Positions 35,215 through 45,573 of a DNA stretch of 64,000 nt are shown here, piece after piece. The first letter of the stretch is position 1, and each line of letters starts with the position of its first letter. The DNA comes from Nitrospirota bacterium (lineage in GTDB: Bacteria; Nitrospirota; UBA9217). Where the stretch lies: the NCBI GenBank assembly GCA_963818475.1, contig CAWFSF010000001.1, positions 96,001 to 160,000 of the forward strand. Direction: 5' to 3'. Position numbers and translations under genes: made by a program. The notes under the pieces are model-generated. The model was not told the DNA's origin and did no database searches. It saw only the letters and a program-made list of their open reading frames with translations.

Positions 35215-35919
35215 TCAATGGTCCTTCCTGATCACGACCGGTTCAAGGCCTTCCTGCGTGACCCTGCCGGCCACGAGCTCAGCCTTTTCCTCGGTCGCAT
35301 AGACGCCGACCTCAACATGGTACAGCGTGCCGAGGTTCGTTACTCCGGGAATGATCGATATGATCGCGAATTTTGCCGAGAGACGTTCCTTCAGCAGCCT
35401 GGCATTCTCTTCCTCGACATACCGTGCCGCATGGACAGTAAAAGGCGTTGTTCCGGGAAGTTCGTCGAGACGCTCGATCACGACCTGCGCCGTACCTTCC
35501 GCTGCGAACCCCAGCTCGCGAGCGGCGCCGTACGACAGGTCGATCACCCGGCTTTTGATAAAGGGGCCGCGGTCATTCACCCGTATAGCGATGTCCTTGT
35601 TGTTCCCCAGGTTCGTGACGCGGATCATGCTGCCGAACGGCAGCGTACGATGTGCAGCTGACAGGCCGTACATATCGAATATTTCACCACTGGCCGTTCT
35701 TTTGCCGTGGAGATCCTTCCCGTACCAGGATGCGGTCCCCACTTGCCGGAACGCGGCGGCGGTCGATGCCGTCGCTGCGGCCACGGCCTTTGCAGGGGAG
35801 GATCCCGGTTCCGGCATCACGTCAACCGTACCTGCGCATGACGCAGCCATCACGATGAGCACGATGGCGGCACCGATACTGAGGCCTCGCGCACAACACC
35901 GCGCAGAACAAGTGCTCAT
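35215..35919 (-). CDS. rlpA: Septal ring lytic transglycosylase RlpA (DPBB + SPOR)
   Basis: Lipobox AASC; 'GTASWYG..LHGKRTASGE', 'AAHRTLPFG', 'VNDRGPF', 'IDLSYGAA'. Confidence 0.9.
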   Translation of the reverse strand: MSTCSARCCARGLSIGAAIVLIVMAASCAGTVDVMPEPGSSPAKAVAAATASTAAAFRQVGTASWYGKDLHGKRTASGEIFDMYGLSAAHRTLPFGSMIRVTNLGNNKDIAIRVNDRGPFIKSRVIDLSYGAARELGFAAEGTAQVVIERLDELPGTTPFTVHAARYVEEENARLLKERLSAKFAIISIIPGVTNLGTLYHVEVGVYATEEKAELVAGRVTQEGLEPVVIRKDH

Positions 35920-35935
35920 CAGAGCGCTCCGTACC

Positions 35936-36163
35936 TTATGCAGTGGCCTTTTCGCCGGCTGCCGCATCAGCAGCGGCCTTTTTCTCTGCTGCCTTGTAGG
36001 ACTTTGTTGAACGGAGTTTGCGCTGGGCCCGCTTGACCTTCTTAAGCGCCTGGCGTGCCTCGGGTTCTGATTTTTTTCCTTCTGCTTTTTTTGCTTTTTC
36101 TGCTGCAGCCTGTTTCAATTTCTTGATCTGCTCCTGAAGCTCTTCAACGTTTACTTTGATCAC
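35936..36163 (-). CDS. Small basic Lys/Ala-rich hypothetical protein
   Basis: RBS aaggagg; coiled-coil composition; 'KKVKRAQRKLR'. Confidence 0.65.
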   Translation of the reverse strand: MIKVNVEELQEQIKKLKQAAAEKAKKAEGKKSEPEARQALKKVKRAQRKLRSTKSYKAAEKKAAADAAAGEKATA

Positions 36164-36379
36164 TGCGTACGCCTCCTTGGAATTTGTTTTACAGAGCCAC
36201 CATAATAGACAAAAAGAGCCGCGAAATCAAGCTATTTCGTTATTTCGCGGACGGATTCTACATGCCGGGGACAAGACTGCATAAGCGGGGGAGCAACGGG
36301 ATTGGCAGATATTACAAGAGAAAAAGAGGAAAGGAGCGGTGGCCGCCTGCTGCCAGGCGGCCACCACGAAACGATGTTA

Positions 36380-36694
36380 TTAGCAACCCACCGGTGCTTT
36401 TTTCTTTGCTGCGGGCGCTGCTGCAGAAGCCGCCTTGAGGCTCTTCACGGTGTCCTTCTCGGTGGAGATCTCCACCTTTTCACCGGCCTTTACCGCGCCG
36501 AGATCAACGGACTTGTCAGCTTTGAGCACGACATCCGCGGTGGACCCATCGGCCGTGAAGGTAATAGTACCGGCCTTTGCATCAACAGCCTTCACCGTTC
36601 CCTTCTGCATCTCTGCTGCAACGGCCAGGGAAAACAGGGACACAACCATAACTGCAACTGCGAGAACTGCGGCTACTTTTTTCATATTATTCAC
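36380..36694 (-). CDS. Small exported OB-fold-like protein with C-terminal PVGC
   Basis: Signal peptide; 'KGTVKAVD'; Ala/Lys linker then terminal Gly-Cys; paralog of 1556-1846. Confidence 0.8.
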   Translation of the reverse strand: MNNMKKVAAVLAVAVMVVSLFSLAVAAEMQKGTVKAVDAKAGTITFTADGSTADVVLKADKSVDLGAVKAGEKVEISTEKDTVKSLKAASAAAPAAKKKAPVGC

Positions 36695-36871
36695 TCCCCC
36701 TTTTAGGATTAAAATGCTGCGTTGAATAACAATACCATAACTTTAAAAAGCTAGTCAATTAAAATTTTACATCGCGACTGCCAGCACGCCGACACAAGAG
36801 TTATCACTTTGCGCAACTATTAGGCTTCCGAGCGCCGCTTGACGGAGGAAGCCCGTCCGGCAAAAAATGCG

Positions 36872-37108
36872 TCATAGTGCTCCCCGCGCCTTCAGGATCT
36901 TCTCCAATTCCGCGATGCTCTCTGCATGCTCCCGGCATTCCTGCTCATATTCCTCCTGCATGTTCTGGGCTTTTTCCGCGCCAATATGGACGGAGGTTTT
37001 AACAAAGGTGAAGGCGTGCTGGTCCTCGATGTCGCAGAGATTTTCCCTGAGTCGGGACAGCTCCTTGTGCAGTTCTTCGATGGTCATGTCTTCGTAGTTC
37101 TTACGCAT
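36872..37108 (-). CDS. Small acidic coiled-coil hypothetical protein
   Basis: RBS aagggg; 78-aa helical ORF directly downstream of cca. Confidence 0.65.
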   Translation of the reverse strand: MRKNYEDMTIEELHKELSRLRENLCDIEDQHAFTFVKTSVHIGAEKAQNMQEEYEQECREHAESIAELEKILKARGAL

Positions 37109-37136
37109 AACTGCGCACCCCCTTCCGGGAACATCA

Positions 37137-38555
37137 TTAGTTTATTTTTCTGAGGTAATCAAGTGCGTCATTCCGGTCCTGAAGTGTGCCCGCCGCCTGC
37201 TGCTCCCTGATCTCATCCAGGATCTCGCGAAAGCGCGGACCGGGCGCAAATCCGCGCGCAATAAGGTCCCTGCCGGTCACGAGCGGTTTTGCTTCTGCTT
37301 TGAGGAACTTTTCGTAGTAATAGGCGAGCACCGTTGCCATGGGACGCTCCGTGTCCGTGAACTGCTCTTTGGGCATGATGTCGAATGTGGCGCGCGCGTC
37401 CGCCTGGGCAAGGATAAGGCTTTCCGGCAGGCCGTCCCGCATGTCACGGCAATAGCGGTACAGGGCGTTCTTGCTCGGACCGCCCGGCACGGAGAGATTG
37501 AAGAGCCGCATGTGCTGCCTGATGACGCCGGTGACCAGCGCCTCGGTGTCCCGCGAAAGCCTGAATCGCTTGCACGCTTCCTTGGCTTTCTCTGCGCCGA
37601 TGCTGTCGTGATAGTAAAAATGGATGCGTCCATTCTCCTGGGTGAAAGTCTGAGGCTTTGCAATATCGTGCAGGAGGCAGGCGAAACGGAGCGCGGCTTT
37701 GCGGGGGATAAGCTGTTCGACCAGTTCATCAAGGTGCTCAAGGACAAGGTGGGCATGGGCCGAAGCAATGTTCGGCAGGTCCTCCAGCACGCTGTCAACG
37801 TGCTCGGCTGCTTTGATCGAGTGGGTACGGACATCGTAGACATGATATCTGCCGGGCGCAAAACCCCTGAGCGGTTCGAGCTCCGGGAGGAGTTGCGGCA
37901 AGAGTCCCAGCGAATCCAGAAGCAACAGGTACGTTCCTGACCCGCGCTGTGACAGGATCTGGAAAAACTCGTCCCGGACCCGCTCCGGCGCGGATTGGTT
38001 GATCAGAGCGGCCCGGGACCGAATCTGCTCCTGCGTCCCCGCTTCTAGGGTGAATCCGAGCGTGGCCGCGAACCGGACCGCGCGCAGCGATCTCAGCGGA
38101 TCGTCGTCCAGCACCGCAGGCTTTGTTATCCGGATGAGCTTATTTTGCACGTCCGCTCTGCCGTTAAACAGATCGACAATGGCGTCCAGCGACCCGGTCC
38201 GGATGAACTCGCGCAGATCGAGCGCCATGGCATTCATGGTAAAATCCCGGCGCCCGAGGTCGGCAGAGAGGTCCGGGCCTTCGAAGTTGGTGAAGTCGAA
38301 TTGCAGGGTCGCTTCATCGGTTTTTTTTATGACGCGTGTGATCCGACGGTCTTCGTCGAGAAAGAAAAAGCTTCCGTTGATCTTGTCTGCGAACGACCGC
38401 GCAACCGTCTCGGACCCCGACGGCATCATGAGATCGATGTCCTTGAACAGCTGATTCGTAATCAGCAGGTCGCGGACGGAACCGCCAACGAGGTAGATAC
38501 TGTCAGAGGTGAGTGAAAGAAGAGGTGAGAGATATTTCAGGGCTGCGGTATTCAT
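37137..38555 (-). CDS. cca: tRNA nucleotidyltransferase/poly(A) polymerase family with HD domain
   Basis: 'YLVGGSVRD', 'DID', 'RRDFTMNAMA', 'DDPLRSLRAVRFAA', 'ERVRDE', 'LLHDIAKP'. Confidence 0.85.
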   Translation of the reverse strand: MNTAALKYLSPLLSLTSDSIYLVGGSVRDLLITNQLFKDIDLMMPSGSETVARSFADKINGSFFFLDEDRRITRVIKKTDEATLQFDFTNFEGPDLSADLGRRDFTMNAMALDLREFIRTGSLDAIVDLFNGRADVQNKLIRITKPAVLDDDPLRSLRAVRFAATLGFTLEAGTQEQIRSRAALINQSAPERVRDEFFQILSQRGSGTYLLLLDSLGLLPQLLPELEPLRGFAPGRYHVYDVRTHSIKAAEHVDSVLEDLPNIASAHAHLVLEHLDELVEQLIPRKAALRFACLLHDIAKPQTFTQENGRIHFYYHDSIGAEKAKEACKRFRLSRDTEALVTGVIRQHMRLFNLSVPGGPSKNALYRYCRDMRDGLPESLILAQADARATFDIMPKEQFTDTERPMATVLAYYYEKFLKAEAKPLVTGRDLIARGFAPGPRFREILDEIREQQAAGTLQDRNDALDYLRKIN

Positions 38556-38600
38556 GCTAGGGATAATTTTATTTGAAAAAAACCTTATACTGCTGCTCCA

Positions 38601-39035
38601 TCATCTTTTTTCCGGAATGTCCTCTATCCAAAGTATGTGTTTCTTGATCGGCGCTGCATCTTTTACGGCATCGAACAATTTCCGATCGGCGGTAACCAGC
38701 CTGCAATCCTCCATCAGAGCAAGGGTCAGATACAGGCTGTCATAAAAGGACCGTTTCAAGCCGCAGGCAACGGTCATTGCGTTTTCCGCGAGAACGCTTG
38801 CAGGTCGCAGAGTCATTGGCAGGGACTCCAGGGCACGCAGAATGATCTGCGCCTTCTGGACCGTTATCTCCGACCGCATGACCCGCTTCCACAGAATATT
38901 CCCCACCTCGGAAATCAGCAGGTCAGGTGCGAGAAGTTGAGAACCACCGCTTAACAGCCTGTCGGCATCGGCGCTGTTCGGCTCCGGCAGGTACCATTTG
39001 ATCGCCACGCTGGCATCGACAACGAAGCGAGTCAC
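38601..39035 (-). CDS. vapC: VapC-family PIN toxin
   Basis: 'VVDASVAIKW', 'EVGNILWK', 'FYDSLYL.LA', 'VTADRKL'. Confidence 0.9.
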   Translation of the reverse strand: MTRFVVDASVAIKWYLPEPNSADADRLLSGGSQLLAPDLLISEVGNILWKRVMRSEITVQKAQIILRALESLPMTLRPASVLAENAMTVACGLKRSFYDSLYLTLALMEDCRLVTADRKLFDAVKDAAPIKKHILWIEDIPEKR

Positions 39036-39262
39036 CGCTTGCGGTCCTCGCGGAGAAGCTCGGCGCTGTCCGAGAACGTCTTCCTGCCGAAGCTTGCGCG
39101 GATCTTTCGTGCGTGTTGAAGCGCGGCCTCCCCGGTCGTTTTCACGGTTTCCTCAACGAGGTGCTTCACTTCTCCCTGGAGCGAGCGGTTGTGCTGCTTG
39201 GCTCGTGCTTTCAATTGATCGATGGTCTTCTGGGGTACGTCACGGATGAGAATATTGGGCAT
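39032..39262 (-). CDS. FitA-like ribbon-helix-helix antitoxin
   Basis: 'MPNILIRDVP..TIDQLKARAKQHNRSLQGEV', 'DSAELLREDR'; 4-nt overlap with vapC. Confidence 0.88.
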   Translation of the reverse strand: MPNILIRDVPQKTIDQLKARAKQHNRSLQGEVKHLVEETVKTTGEAALQHARKIRASFGRKTFSDSAELLREDRKR

Positions 39263-39329
39263 ACAAAACCTCCCGATGCTTTCATTATGATAGCATCATA
39301 GCATAACACTTCACAATTCGCAAGAATTT

Positions 39330-39510
39330 CCAGTGATGGTGTAAATACTTTTGCCATCGCGGGGTAATCCGCCTTCATGTCTTCTCTCGCGCGCGACTCA
39401 TCGTACTCGTTATTGTCGATCAGAACATCGATAAAGTCGATTGAGTAATCCATGCTCTCGCGCAATATCACCTGAAATACAGCATCCGGCGGTCTTTGAA
39501 ATCGCAGCAT
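39330..39510 (-). pseudogene. Truncated hypothetical gene (5' fragment only)
   Basis: RBS aggtgga; MLRFQRPPDAVFQVILRESMDYSIDF... runs into the vapBC promoter region after about 60 codons. Confidence 0.4.
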
Positions 39511-39523
39511 CGTTCCACCTGAC

Positions 39524-39844
39524 TCATCGTTTCGGCATTTGAATGACGTTTGACGATTTATTTTCCGATGCTTTGGTTTCCTTCGCAAGCGTCAGAAGCC
39601 CCGGTGAGATGTTCCAATGCTCCCCGTTGTCGGTAATAACCGTAACTGTTTTTTTGTTATATTTGGTCAACACGCCGAAGAGAGCAGGACCTTCGTCCGA
39701 CTTGAAGCTCACCCGATCGCCGACTTTGAATTCCAGCATCTTATGGTGCGCCCTAGCCTGACTGAGGAAACGCAGCCGTTCGACGATCCGGCGGTTTAGA
39801 TCGATCAGTTCATTCTCGGTAAGCAAGGTAATATCTATCTTCAT
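39524..39844 (-). CDS. Hypothetical protein with helical N-terminus and SH3/KOW-like C-terminus
   Basis: RBS ggaggt; 'LTENELIDLNRRIVERLR', 'FKVGDRVSF', 'NKKTVTVITD.GE.WNISPGLL'. Confidence 0.75.
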   Translation of the reverse strand: MKIDITLLTENELIDLNRRIVERLRFLSQARAHHKMLEFKVGDRVSFKSDEGPALFGVLTKYNKKTVTVITDNGEHWNISPGLLTLAKETKASENKSSNVIQMPKR

Positions 39845-39963
39845 GAACCACCTCCGAATGGGGGTACAGGCGAAGCGGGACAACTAAGAACGAGTTACGC
39901 AACGAGAATGGGGATACAGACGTGGATGATGCGGGATGAGTCATGCACAGAAAACGACGTCCT

Positions 39964-40656
39964 TCACCCCTCCCCCGCCTTCTCCGCTGCATCCTCTCCG
40001 GTGATCTGCCTGATATCCTTCAAGCGCTTTCGCCGCTCTTCCCGGCCAACATACCAGTCCTCAATAAGCATCTCGATCAGGCCGATCAGCATCTTCGCCT
40101 CGCCGGGCTCCGTATCCTGGATCTCCGCGCCTTCGCTTTCCATCCGGGCGCCGATCATGCCGCTCTTCCGGACAGATTCAATGGCCTCCCAGGTGAGGGG
40201 GTCCACCACGCCCTTGACCTGGCGGAACTCGTCACTGAGGCTGCCGGGCTGCACCTGCCAGAAGTCGCGCAGCATTTCCGAGAGACAGCGCCGGGACAAA
40301 GCAGCCGCGGCCTTGGGGCTTTGCTCGATCGCAAGACAGGCTTCCTGATAATCTTCCATGACCCGCGCAGGGATTGCCACGGGAAAGGAGCGGGCGCTCG
40401 AAGGAGGCAGAAGGGGCCAGGCCCTGATAAGCTTGCCCGTGTAGGAGCGGTTGCCCACGACCCTCAGGTCGTGCAGAGCAACGCTCAGGGAGAGTTTCCG
40501 GCAGTCGGGGCTGGGGCAGACAACGAACTGGACCACCAGACGGCGCGGGCCGTCGGCATTTTCGGCAGTGAGGTCGGCGATCGAGGCCTGCCACCCCTCT
40601 CCGGTAACGGTCTGTTCCCGGTTGCAAAACCGGCAGTGCCACAGATATTCGCTCAC
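39964..40656 (-). CDS. DUF4145-domain protein with N-terminal Zn-ribbon Cys motifs
   Basis: 'WHCRFC', 'CPSPDC', 'EDYQEACL....SPKAAAALSRRCL..MLRDFW', 'LIEDWYV.R'. Confidence 0.8.
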   Translation of the reverse strand: MSEYLWHCRFCNREQTVTGEGWQASIADLTAENADGPRRLVVQFVVCPSPDCRKLSLSVALHDLRVVGNRSYTGKLIRAWPLLPPSSARSFPVAIPARVMEDYQEACLAIEQSPKAAAALSRRCLSEMLRDFWQVQPGSLSDEFRQVKGVVDPLTWEAIESVRKSGMIGARMESEGAEIQDTEPGEAKMLIGLIEMLIEDWYVGREERRKRLKDIRQITGEDAAEKAGEG

Positions 40657-40681
40657 CCTTCCCTCCTCGAACCGCGTTCCA

Positions 40682-41764
40682 CTATTCTGCGATCAGTTCC
40701 CGAAGCTGCTGCTCTTCCCACGCTTTCGTGATGACCACCTCGCCGATCCTCTTCGGCAGCACGAACTTCACCTTGCCTGCCTCCGCCTTTTTGTCGATCT
40801 GCATGGTATCCATCAGTTCCTGCACCGTCGGCTTCCGGCTGAGCGCACGCAAGCTCGTAGGCAGGCCATAGGATGCAATGAGTTTTTCAACGCGTTCAGG
40901 CACAGAAGCATCACATAGCCCCGTACGATGTGCCAGACGGGAGGCGTAGACCATGCCGATGGCAACAGCCTCTCCGTGGCGCATGGTGTAGTTTTCGGCT
41001 TTCTCGATGGCGTGGCCCACGGTATGGCCGAAGTTCAGGACCGCGCGGAGGCCACCTTCGCGCTCGTCTTTGCCGACCACCTCCGCCTTGATCTCGCAGG
41101 AGCGTCGGACAACATGGGTTAACGCTTCTATATCAAGCCCGAGAATCCGGTCGCGGTTCTTGTCCAGGTAGTCAAAGAACGCCCCATCCCAGATCACGCC
41201 GTACTTGATCACCTCCGCCATGCCGGAGAGGAACTCGGCTTTCGGAAGCGTCTTGAGCACCTCGAGGTCCATCAGCACCTTGCGAGGCTGGTGGAAGGCG
41301 CCGATCATGTTCTTGCCCATGGGATGGTTCACGCCGGTCTTGCCCCCGACGCTGCTGTCCACCATGGCAAGGAGCGTGGTCGGCACCTGGACAAAGGGTA
41401 TGCCGCGCATGAACGTGGCTGCGGCAAATCCGGCAAGGTCGCCGATGACGCCGCCGCCGAGCGCGACGAGCAGGGACCTGCGGTCGAAGGCGTTGGTAAG
41501 GAGCGCCGTGTAGATGGCGTTGGCCCAATCCAGGTTCTTGTACTGCTCGCCGTCGGGAATGAGGATGGACATGACCATGAAACCCTGCGCCTTGAGGCTG
41601 TCCACTACCCGTTTGCCGTAGAGCTCCTTGACCGTGGGGTTGACGACAACGGCGATCTTCTGCCCCAGGCCGAGGCCTTTGATCTGCGGGCCTGCCTGGT
41701 CGAGGCTCATGCCGATCTCGATGTCGTAGCTTCTCTCTCCCAGGGGTACGTTAACAGTATGCAT
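40682..41764 (-). CDS. aroB: 3-dehydroquinate synthase
   Basis: 'GGGVIGDLAGF', 'PTTLLAMVDSSVGGKTGVN', 'LNFGHTVGHAIE', 'HGEAVAIG'. Confidence 0.95.
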   Translation of the reverse strand: MHTVNVPLGERSYDIEIGMSLDQAGPQIKGLGLGQKIAVVVNPTVKELYGKRVVDSLKAQGFMVMSILIPDGEQYKNLDWANAIYTALLTNAFDRRSLLVALGGGVIGDLAGFAAATFMRGIPFVQVPTTLLAMVDSSVGGKTGVNHPMGKNMIGAFHQPRKVLMDLEVLKTLPKAEFLSGMAEVIKYGVIWDGAFFDYLDKNRDRILGLDIEALTHVVRRSCEIKAEVVGKDEREGGLRAVLNFGHTVGHAIEKAENYTMRHGEAVAIGMVYASRLAHRTGLCDASVPERVEKLIASYGLPTSLRALSRKPTVQELMDTMQIDKKAEAGKVKFVLPKRIGEVVITKAWEEQQLRELIAE

Positions 41765-42266
41765 GCTTTATTCTCTCTTTGATCTCGCTGATGATCTGGT
41801 CCACGGATTTTTCCGATGTGTCGATGGTGATGTCCGCCTGTGCATAGAACCGGGCCCGGCTGTCGAGCATATCTTTGATCTTCGCCAACGGGTCCGGGGT
41901 CTGGAGCAGGGGGCGGTGGGTCTCATGCTTGATACGGTCGAAGATCACCTCGGGCCGAGCCGAAAGACAGACGACGAGTCCCGCTTTTTTGAAGGCCTCG
42001 CGGTTCATGTCCCAGATCACGGCGCCGCCGCCGGTGGAGACCACCTGACTCTCGCGCTCCGTGACCTCCCGGATGATCCTGGCCTCGATCTCACGAAAAT
42101 AGGGTTCGCCGTGCTTTGCAAAGATCGTTGTGATGGTCATGTGCTGGTCGGCTTCGATAAGCGTGTCTGTGTCGACGAAGGCATAGCCGAGGTCCTTTGC
42201 CAGCTGCGTTCCCACGCTGGTCTTGCCGACGCCCATAAAACCGGTCAGAATGATATTTTTGAACAT
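41751..42266 (-). CDS. aroK: Shikimate kinase
   Basis: 'GFMGVGKTSVG', 'DTD', 'GEPYFREIE', 'STGGG', 'RPLL'. Confidence 0.95.
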   Translation of the reverse strand: MFKNIILTGFMGVGKTSVGTQLAKDLGYAFVDTDTLIEADQHMTITTIFAKHGEPYFREIEARIIREVTERESQVVSTGGGAVIWDMNREAFKKAGLVVCLSARPEVIFDRIKHETHRPLLQTPDPLAKIKDMLDSRARFYAQADITIDTSEKSVDQIISEIKERIKHAYC

Positions 42267-42332
42267 TGCGGAGTTTACCACAGATGGCCTGAAAAAAAAA
42301 GCGGCCACTCATCTTTCAGCGGTCGCTCTTTT

Positions 42333-42366
42333 CTCACCTCTCACTTCACACGTCTCACTTCACACT
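42333..42366. repeat. 7-mer array (CTCACTT-like), single arm
   Basis: ctcacct ctcactt cacacgt ctcactt cacact between the aroC stop and its terminator. Confidence 0.55.
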
Positions 42367-42372
42367 TCGACG

Positions 42373-43563
42373 CTACCACTTCCCCGGCATCTCTTCAACA
42401 TCCATCCGGGTGTTAACATGCCTCATGTAGGAACAATAATTCCGCTTCATCTCGTCGATGCTGTCGCCGCCGAACTTCTCGATCATGGCCTGGGCGATCT
42501 CGAAAGCGACAACAGCCTCGCCGACCACGCCTGCTGCGGGAACCGCGCAGACATCGGAGCGCTCGATGCTTGCCTTAAAGGGTTTTTTGGTCGCCATGTC
42601 CACGGAACGGAGCGGCTTCATGAGCGTTGGAATGGGCTTCATGGCAGCGCGGAGCACGATGGGCTCGCCATTGCTCATGCCGCCCTCAATGCCGCCGGCG
42701 TTGTTCGTTTTGCGGTTAAAGCCTGTTTTTCTGTTCCAGAAGATCTCGTCATGCACCTGCGAGCCCGGTTTGTTCGCCACGCCGAACCCGGAACCGACCT
42801 CAACGCCCTTCATGGCCTGGATGCTCATGAGCGCTCCTGCAAGTTTCGCGTCAAGCTTCCGGTCCCAGTGCGTATGGCTGCCGAGCCCGATGGGCGCGCC
42901 GGTGACGATCAGCTCGACCACTCCGCCCAGGGTATCGCCGGCAGTCCGCGCCTCGTCGATCCTGCGCATCATCCGCTTCTCCGCTTCAGGATCTGCGCAA
43001 TGCAGTTCCGAGGCCTCGGCCCGCTTGCGAAGCTCCTGGAACGACACCTGCGGCACCTTGGCAAAAATGCCGCCGAGGTTCACCACATGGCTCGTCACCT
43101 CGATGCAGAACTCTTCAAGCAGCCGCTTCGCAACAGCGCCTACGGCAACGCGCATGGCTGTTTCCCGCGCACTCGAACGCTCAAGGATGTTGCGGACGTC
43201 TGCGGTGTTATATTTCAGGGCGCCTGCCAGGTCAGCATGGCCGGGCCGGGGCCGGGTAACGGCTTCGGCGGAGTTCAGGAACATCGGATCAGCGGACATC
43301 TTGGCGCGCCAGTTCTCCCAGTCCTTGTTGCGGACCATGAGCCCGATGGGGCTTCCCAGCGTTTTGCCCCAGCGCACACCGGTGTAGATCTTGACCGTGT
43401 CTTTCTCGATCTTCATGCGGCCACCGCGGCCATATCCGCCCTGTCGCCTGGCCAATTCCTGGTCGATGTCCGTGATCCTGATCAAGAGACCTGACGGCAT
43501 CCCTTCAAGGATGCCCATGAGCAACTCGCCGTGGGACTCACCGGCAGTCAAATATCGCAGCAT
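42373..43563 (-). CDS. aroC: Chorismate synthase
   Basis: 'TAGESHG', 'RPGHAD', 'ERSSARETA', '[10 protein letters not shown]', 'KPIPTL', 'RSDVC'. Confidence 0.95.
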   Translation of the reverse strand: MLRYLTAGESHGELLMGILEGMPSGLLIRITDIDQELARRQGGYGRGGRMKIEKDTVKIYTGVRWGKTLGSPIGLMVRNKDWENWRAKMSADPMFLNSAEAVTRPRPGHADLAGALKYNTADVRNILERSSARETAMRVAVGAVAKRLLEEFCIEVTSHVVNLGGIFAKVPQVSFQELRKRAEASELHCADPEAEKRMMRRIDEARTAGDTLGGVVELIVTGAPIGLGSHTHWDRKLDAKLAGALMSIQAMKGVEVGSGFGVANKPGSQVHDEIFWNRKTGFNRKTNNAGGIEGGMSNGEPIVLRAAMKPIPTLMKPLRSVDMATKKPFKASIERSDVCAVPAAGVVGEAVVAFEIAQAMIEKFGGDSIDEMKRNYCSYMRHVNTRMDVEEMPGKW

Positions 43564-43861
43564 TTCCCCTCCCAAAAACCCTTGAATTCCTTTAAAAACG
43601 CGGTCATCATAGCAAATCCCTGCAAGAAGTGCAACGAAAAGTATGGCGTTTTCGGGGTAATTTAAGGGTAATGGAAGGGTCTGTTTCGACTTTTTAGACA
43701 TCGAAGCTCAATTTTCAGCGGGGAAAAAGGCGGTTCTCTGCCATAAGGCCGCATCTGCCCTGTTATCAGTTTTTGACATGGAACCAAAGGATTTACTGTG
43801 CTATAGTACCCGTTGTAAAAATGCTGAAACGGCGGTCTTCGCCCGGAGGTTCCAGGATCCT

Positions 43862-44593
43862 ATGATCGCACTGCTCTGTTCCGTGCAGGCCGAAGCAGAC
43901 CTGCTGCTGTCAACCATGACCGTGACGGGCACCCTTCAGCTCGGCGCAAAATCGATCATTATGGGGAAGCTCTCGGGCCGCGAGATCAGCCTCTGTGTCG
44001 GCGGCATGGGCAAGGTGAACGCTGCTCATGCGGCGACGCTGTTGCTTACCCATGCAAACGCCGAGGCCCTTATCGTTTTCGGCATTGGCGGGGCCTACCC
44101 CTCCTCAGGCGCGAACGTCGGAGACCTGGCGCTTGCAAAAGAAGAGGTCGCCGGTGATGAAGGCGTTCTGACACCTGACGGTTTTAAGGACACAAACTAC
44201 ATCGGCATCCCGCTGCTCAGGACACCTGCTTCGGTTATATACCATACCTTCCCTGCTTCCGAAACGCTTTTGGAACAGGCACTGCAGGCCCTCTCCTCCC
44301 GGCAGGTTGCAGCGGGCAACCGCCTCCATATCGGCACGTTCATCACACTCTCGACCTGCACCGGCACGTCATCGCGGGCGGAGGAACTGGAAGTACTCTA
44401 TCATGGGTTGTGCGAAAACATGGAAGGCGCTGCCGCGGCTCAGGTGGCGACATTTCACGGCATCCCCTGGCTCGAAATACGCGGGATATCGAACATCGTG
44501 GAAGACCGGGATATCACCAAATGGAAGATTCCCCAGGCCGCGGAAGCCGCTCAAAAGGCGGTTATCGCTCTCCTGAACGAGTGGGACAGATGA
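43862..44593 (+). CDS. mqnB: Futalosine hydrolase
   Basis: PNP/MTAN fold 'GGMGKVNAA', 'GIGGAY', 'TLSTCTGT', 'ENMEGAAAA', 'RGISNIVEDRD..KW'; adjacent to mqnD. Confidence 0.88.
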   Translation: MIALLCSVQAEADLLLSTMTVTGTLQLGAKSIIMGKLSGREISLCVGGMGKVNAAHAATLLLTHANAEALIVFGIGGAYPSSGANVGDLALAKEEVAGDEGVLTPDGFKDTNYIGIPLLRTPASVIYHTFPASETLLEQALQALSSRQVAAGNRLHIGTFITLSTCTGTSSRAEELEVLYHGLCENMEGAAAAQVATFHGIPWLEIRGISNIVEDRDITKWKIPQAAEAAQKAVIALLNEWDR

Positions 44594-45432
44594 GCCGGAC
44601 CCTGACCATAGGCTACTCTCCCTGCCCGAACGACACGTTTATTTTTTATGCGCTCATTCACGGAAAGGTGACAGTTCCGGGCATCACCTTCCGGGAACAG
44701 CTCGAGGATGTGGAGACCCTGAACCGCATGGCGCTCGAGAACAGGCTGGACCTCACCAAGATCTCCTACCATGCGCTGGGCCATCTGCGCGAGGCCTATG
44801 CTCTGCTCCGCTCCGGCGGCGCGCTCGGCAGGGGCTGCGGTCCGCTCATTATCGCCCGGCCCGGAACGAAGCTTTCGGACCTGAAGCACGGTGTCATCGC
44901 CATTCCGGGCAGACTCACGACGGCTTATCTGCTGCTTCGCCTCTTCGACCCCTCCCTCGAAAACGTGGCCGTCATGGCCTTCGACCACATCATGGACGCA
45001 GTTTCGAGCGGAGAGGCGACTGCAGGCCTCATCATCCATGAAAGCCGTTTCACCTATCCGCGCTACGGACTTGAAAAGCTGCTCGACCTCGGCGCCTGGT
45101 GGGAAGAACACTCGGGTTTGCCGATCCCCCTGGGCGCTATCCTCGGCAGGCGCTCGCTCGGCCGTGACCTCCTGCTCAGGATCGAAGCGGGCATACGCAA
45201 AAGCGTGCAATACGCCTATGCCCATCCGGAAGAAGTCATGGGCTATTGCGGGATGCACAGCCAGGAGATGGACCCCCGGGTGATGAAGAGCCACATCGAC
45301 CTCTATGTGAACGATTTCTCGCTCGATCTCGGACAGGAGGGGCTTGCGGCAGTGCGCAGGCTCTTTCACGAGGCCGAAGAACGCGGCATTTTTCCTCCGT
45401 CTGATAAACCGCTTCTCGCGGAAGAGGCATAA
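44590..45432 (+). CDS. mqnD: 1,4-dihydroxy-6-naphthoate synthase
   Basis: 'GYSPCPNDTFIF', 'DVETLN', 'GALGRGCGP', 'IIHESRFTY', 'LPIPLG', 'HIDLYVN'. Confidence 0.93.
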   Translation: MSRTLTIGYSPCPNDTFIFYALIHGKVTVPGITFREQLEDVETLNRMALENRLDLTKISYHALGHLREAYALLRSGGALGRGCGPLIIARPGTKLSDLKHGVIAIPGRLTTAYLLLRLFDPSLENVAVMAFDHIMDAVSSGEATAGLIIHESRFTYPRYGLEKLLDLGAWWEEHSGLPIPLGAILGRRSLGRDLLLRIEAGIRKSVQYAYAHPEEVMGYCGMHSQEMDPRVMKSHIDLYVNDFSLDLGQEGLAAVRRLFHEAEERGIFPPSDKPLLAEEA

Positions 45433-45449
45433 ACTTACGAACGGCAGTT

Positions 45450-45573
45450 AGCCACAGAAAGCACATAAGTCACAAGGACAAAACAAGAAGCCGAAACGAC
45501 AGAGTTATCACGGCACCAGTGAGGTATTTCCAAAACAAGTGTCCTTTTTGTGATTTCTGTGCATTTTGTGGCT
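45450..45573. repeat. Inverted 8/9-mer-array element
   Basis: agccacagaaa-gcacataag-tcacaagga ... tttttgtga-tttctgtgc-attttgtggct. Confidence 0.7.
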
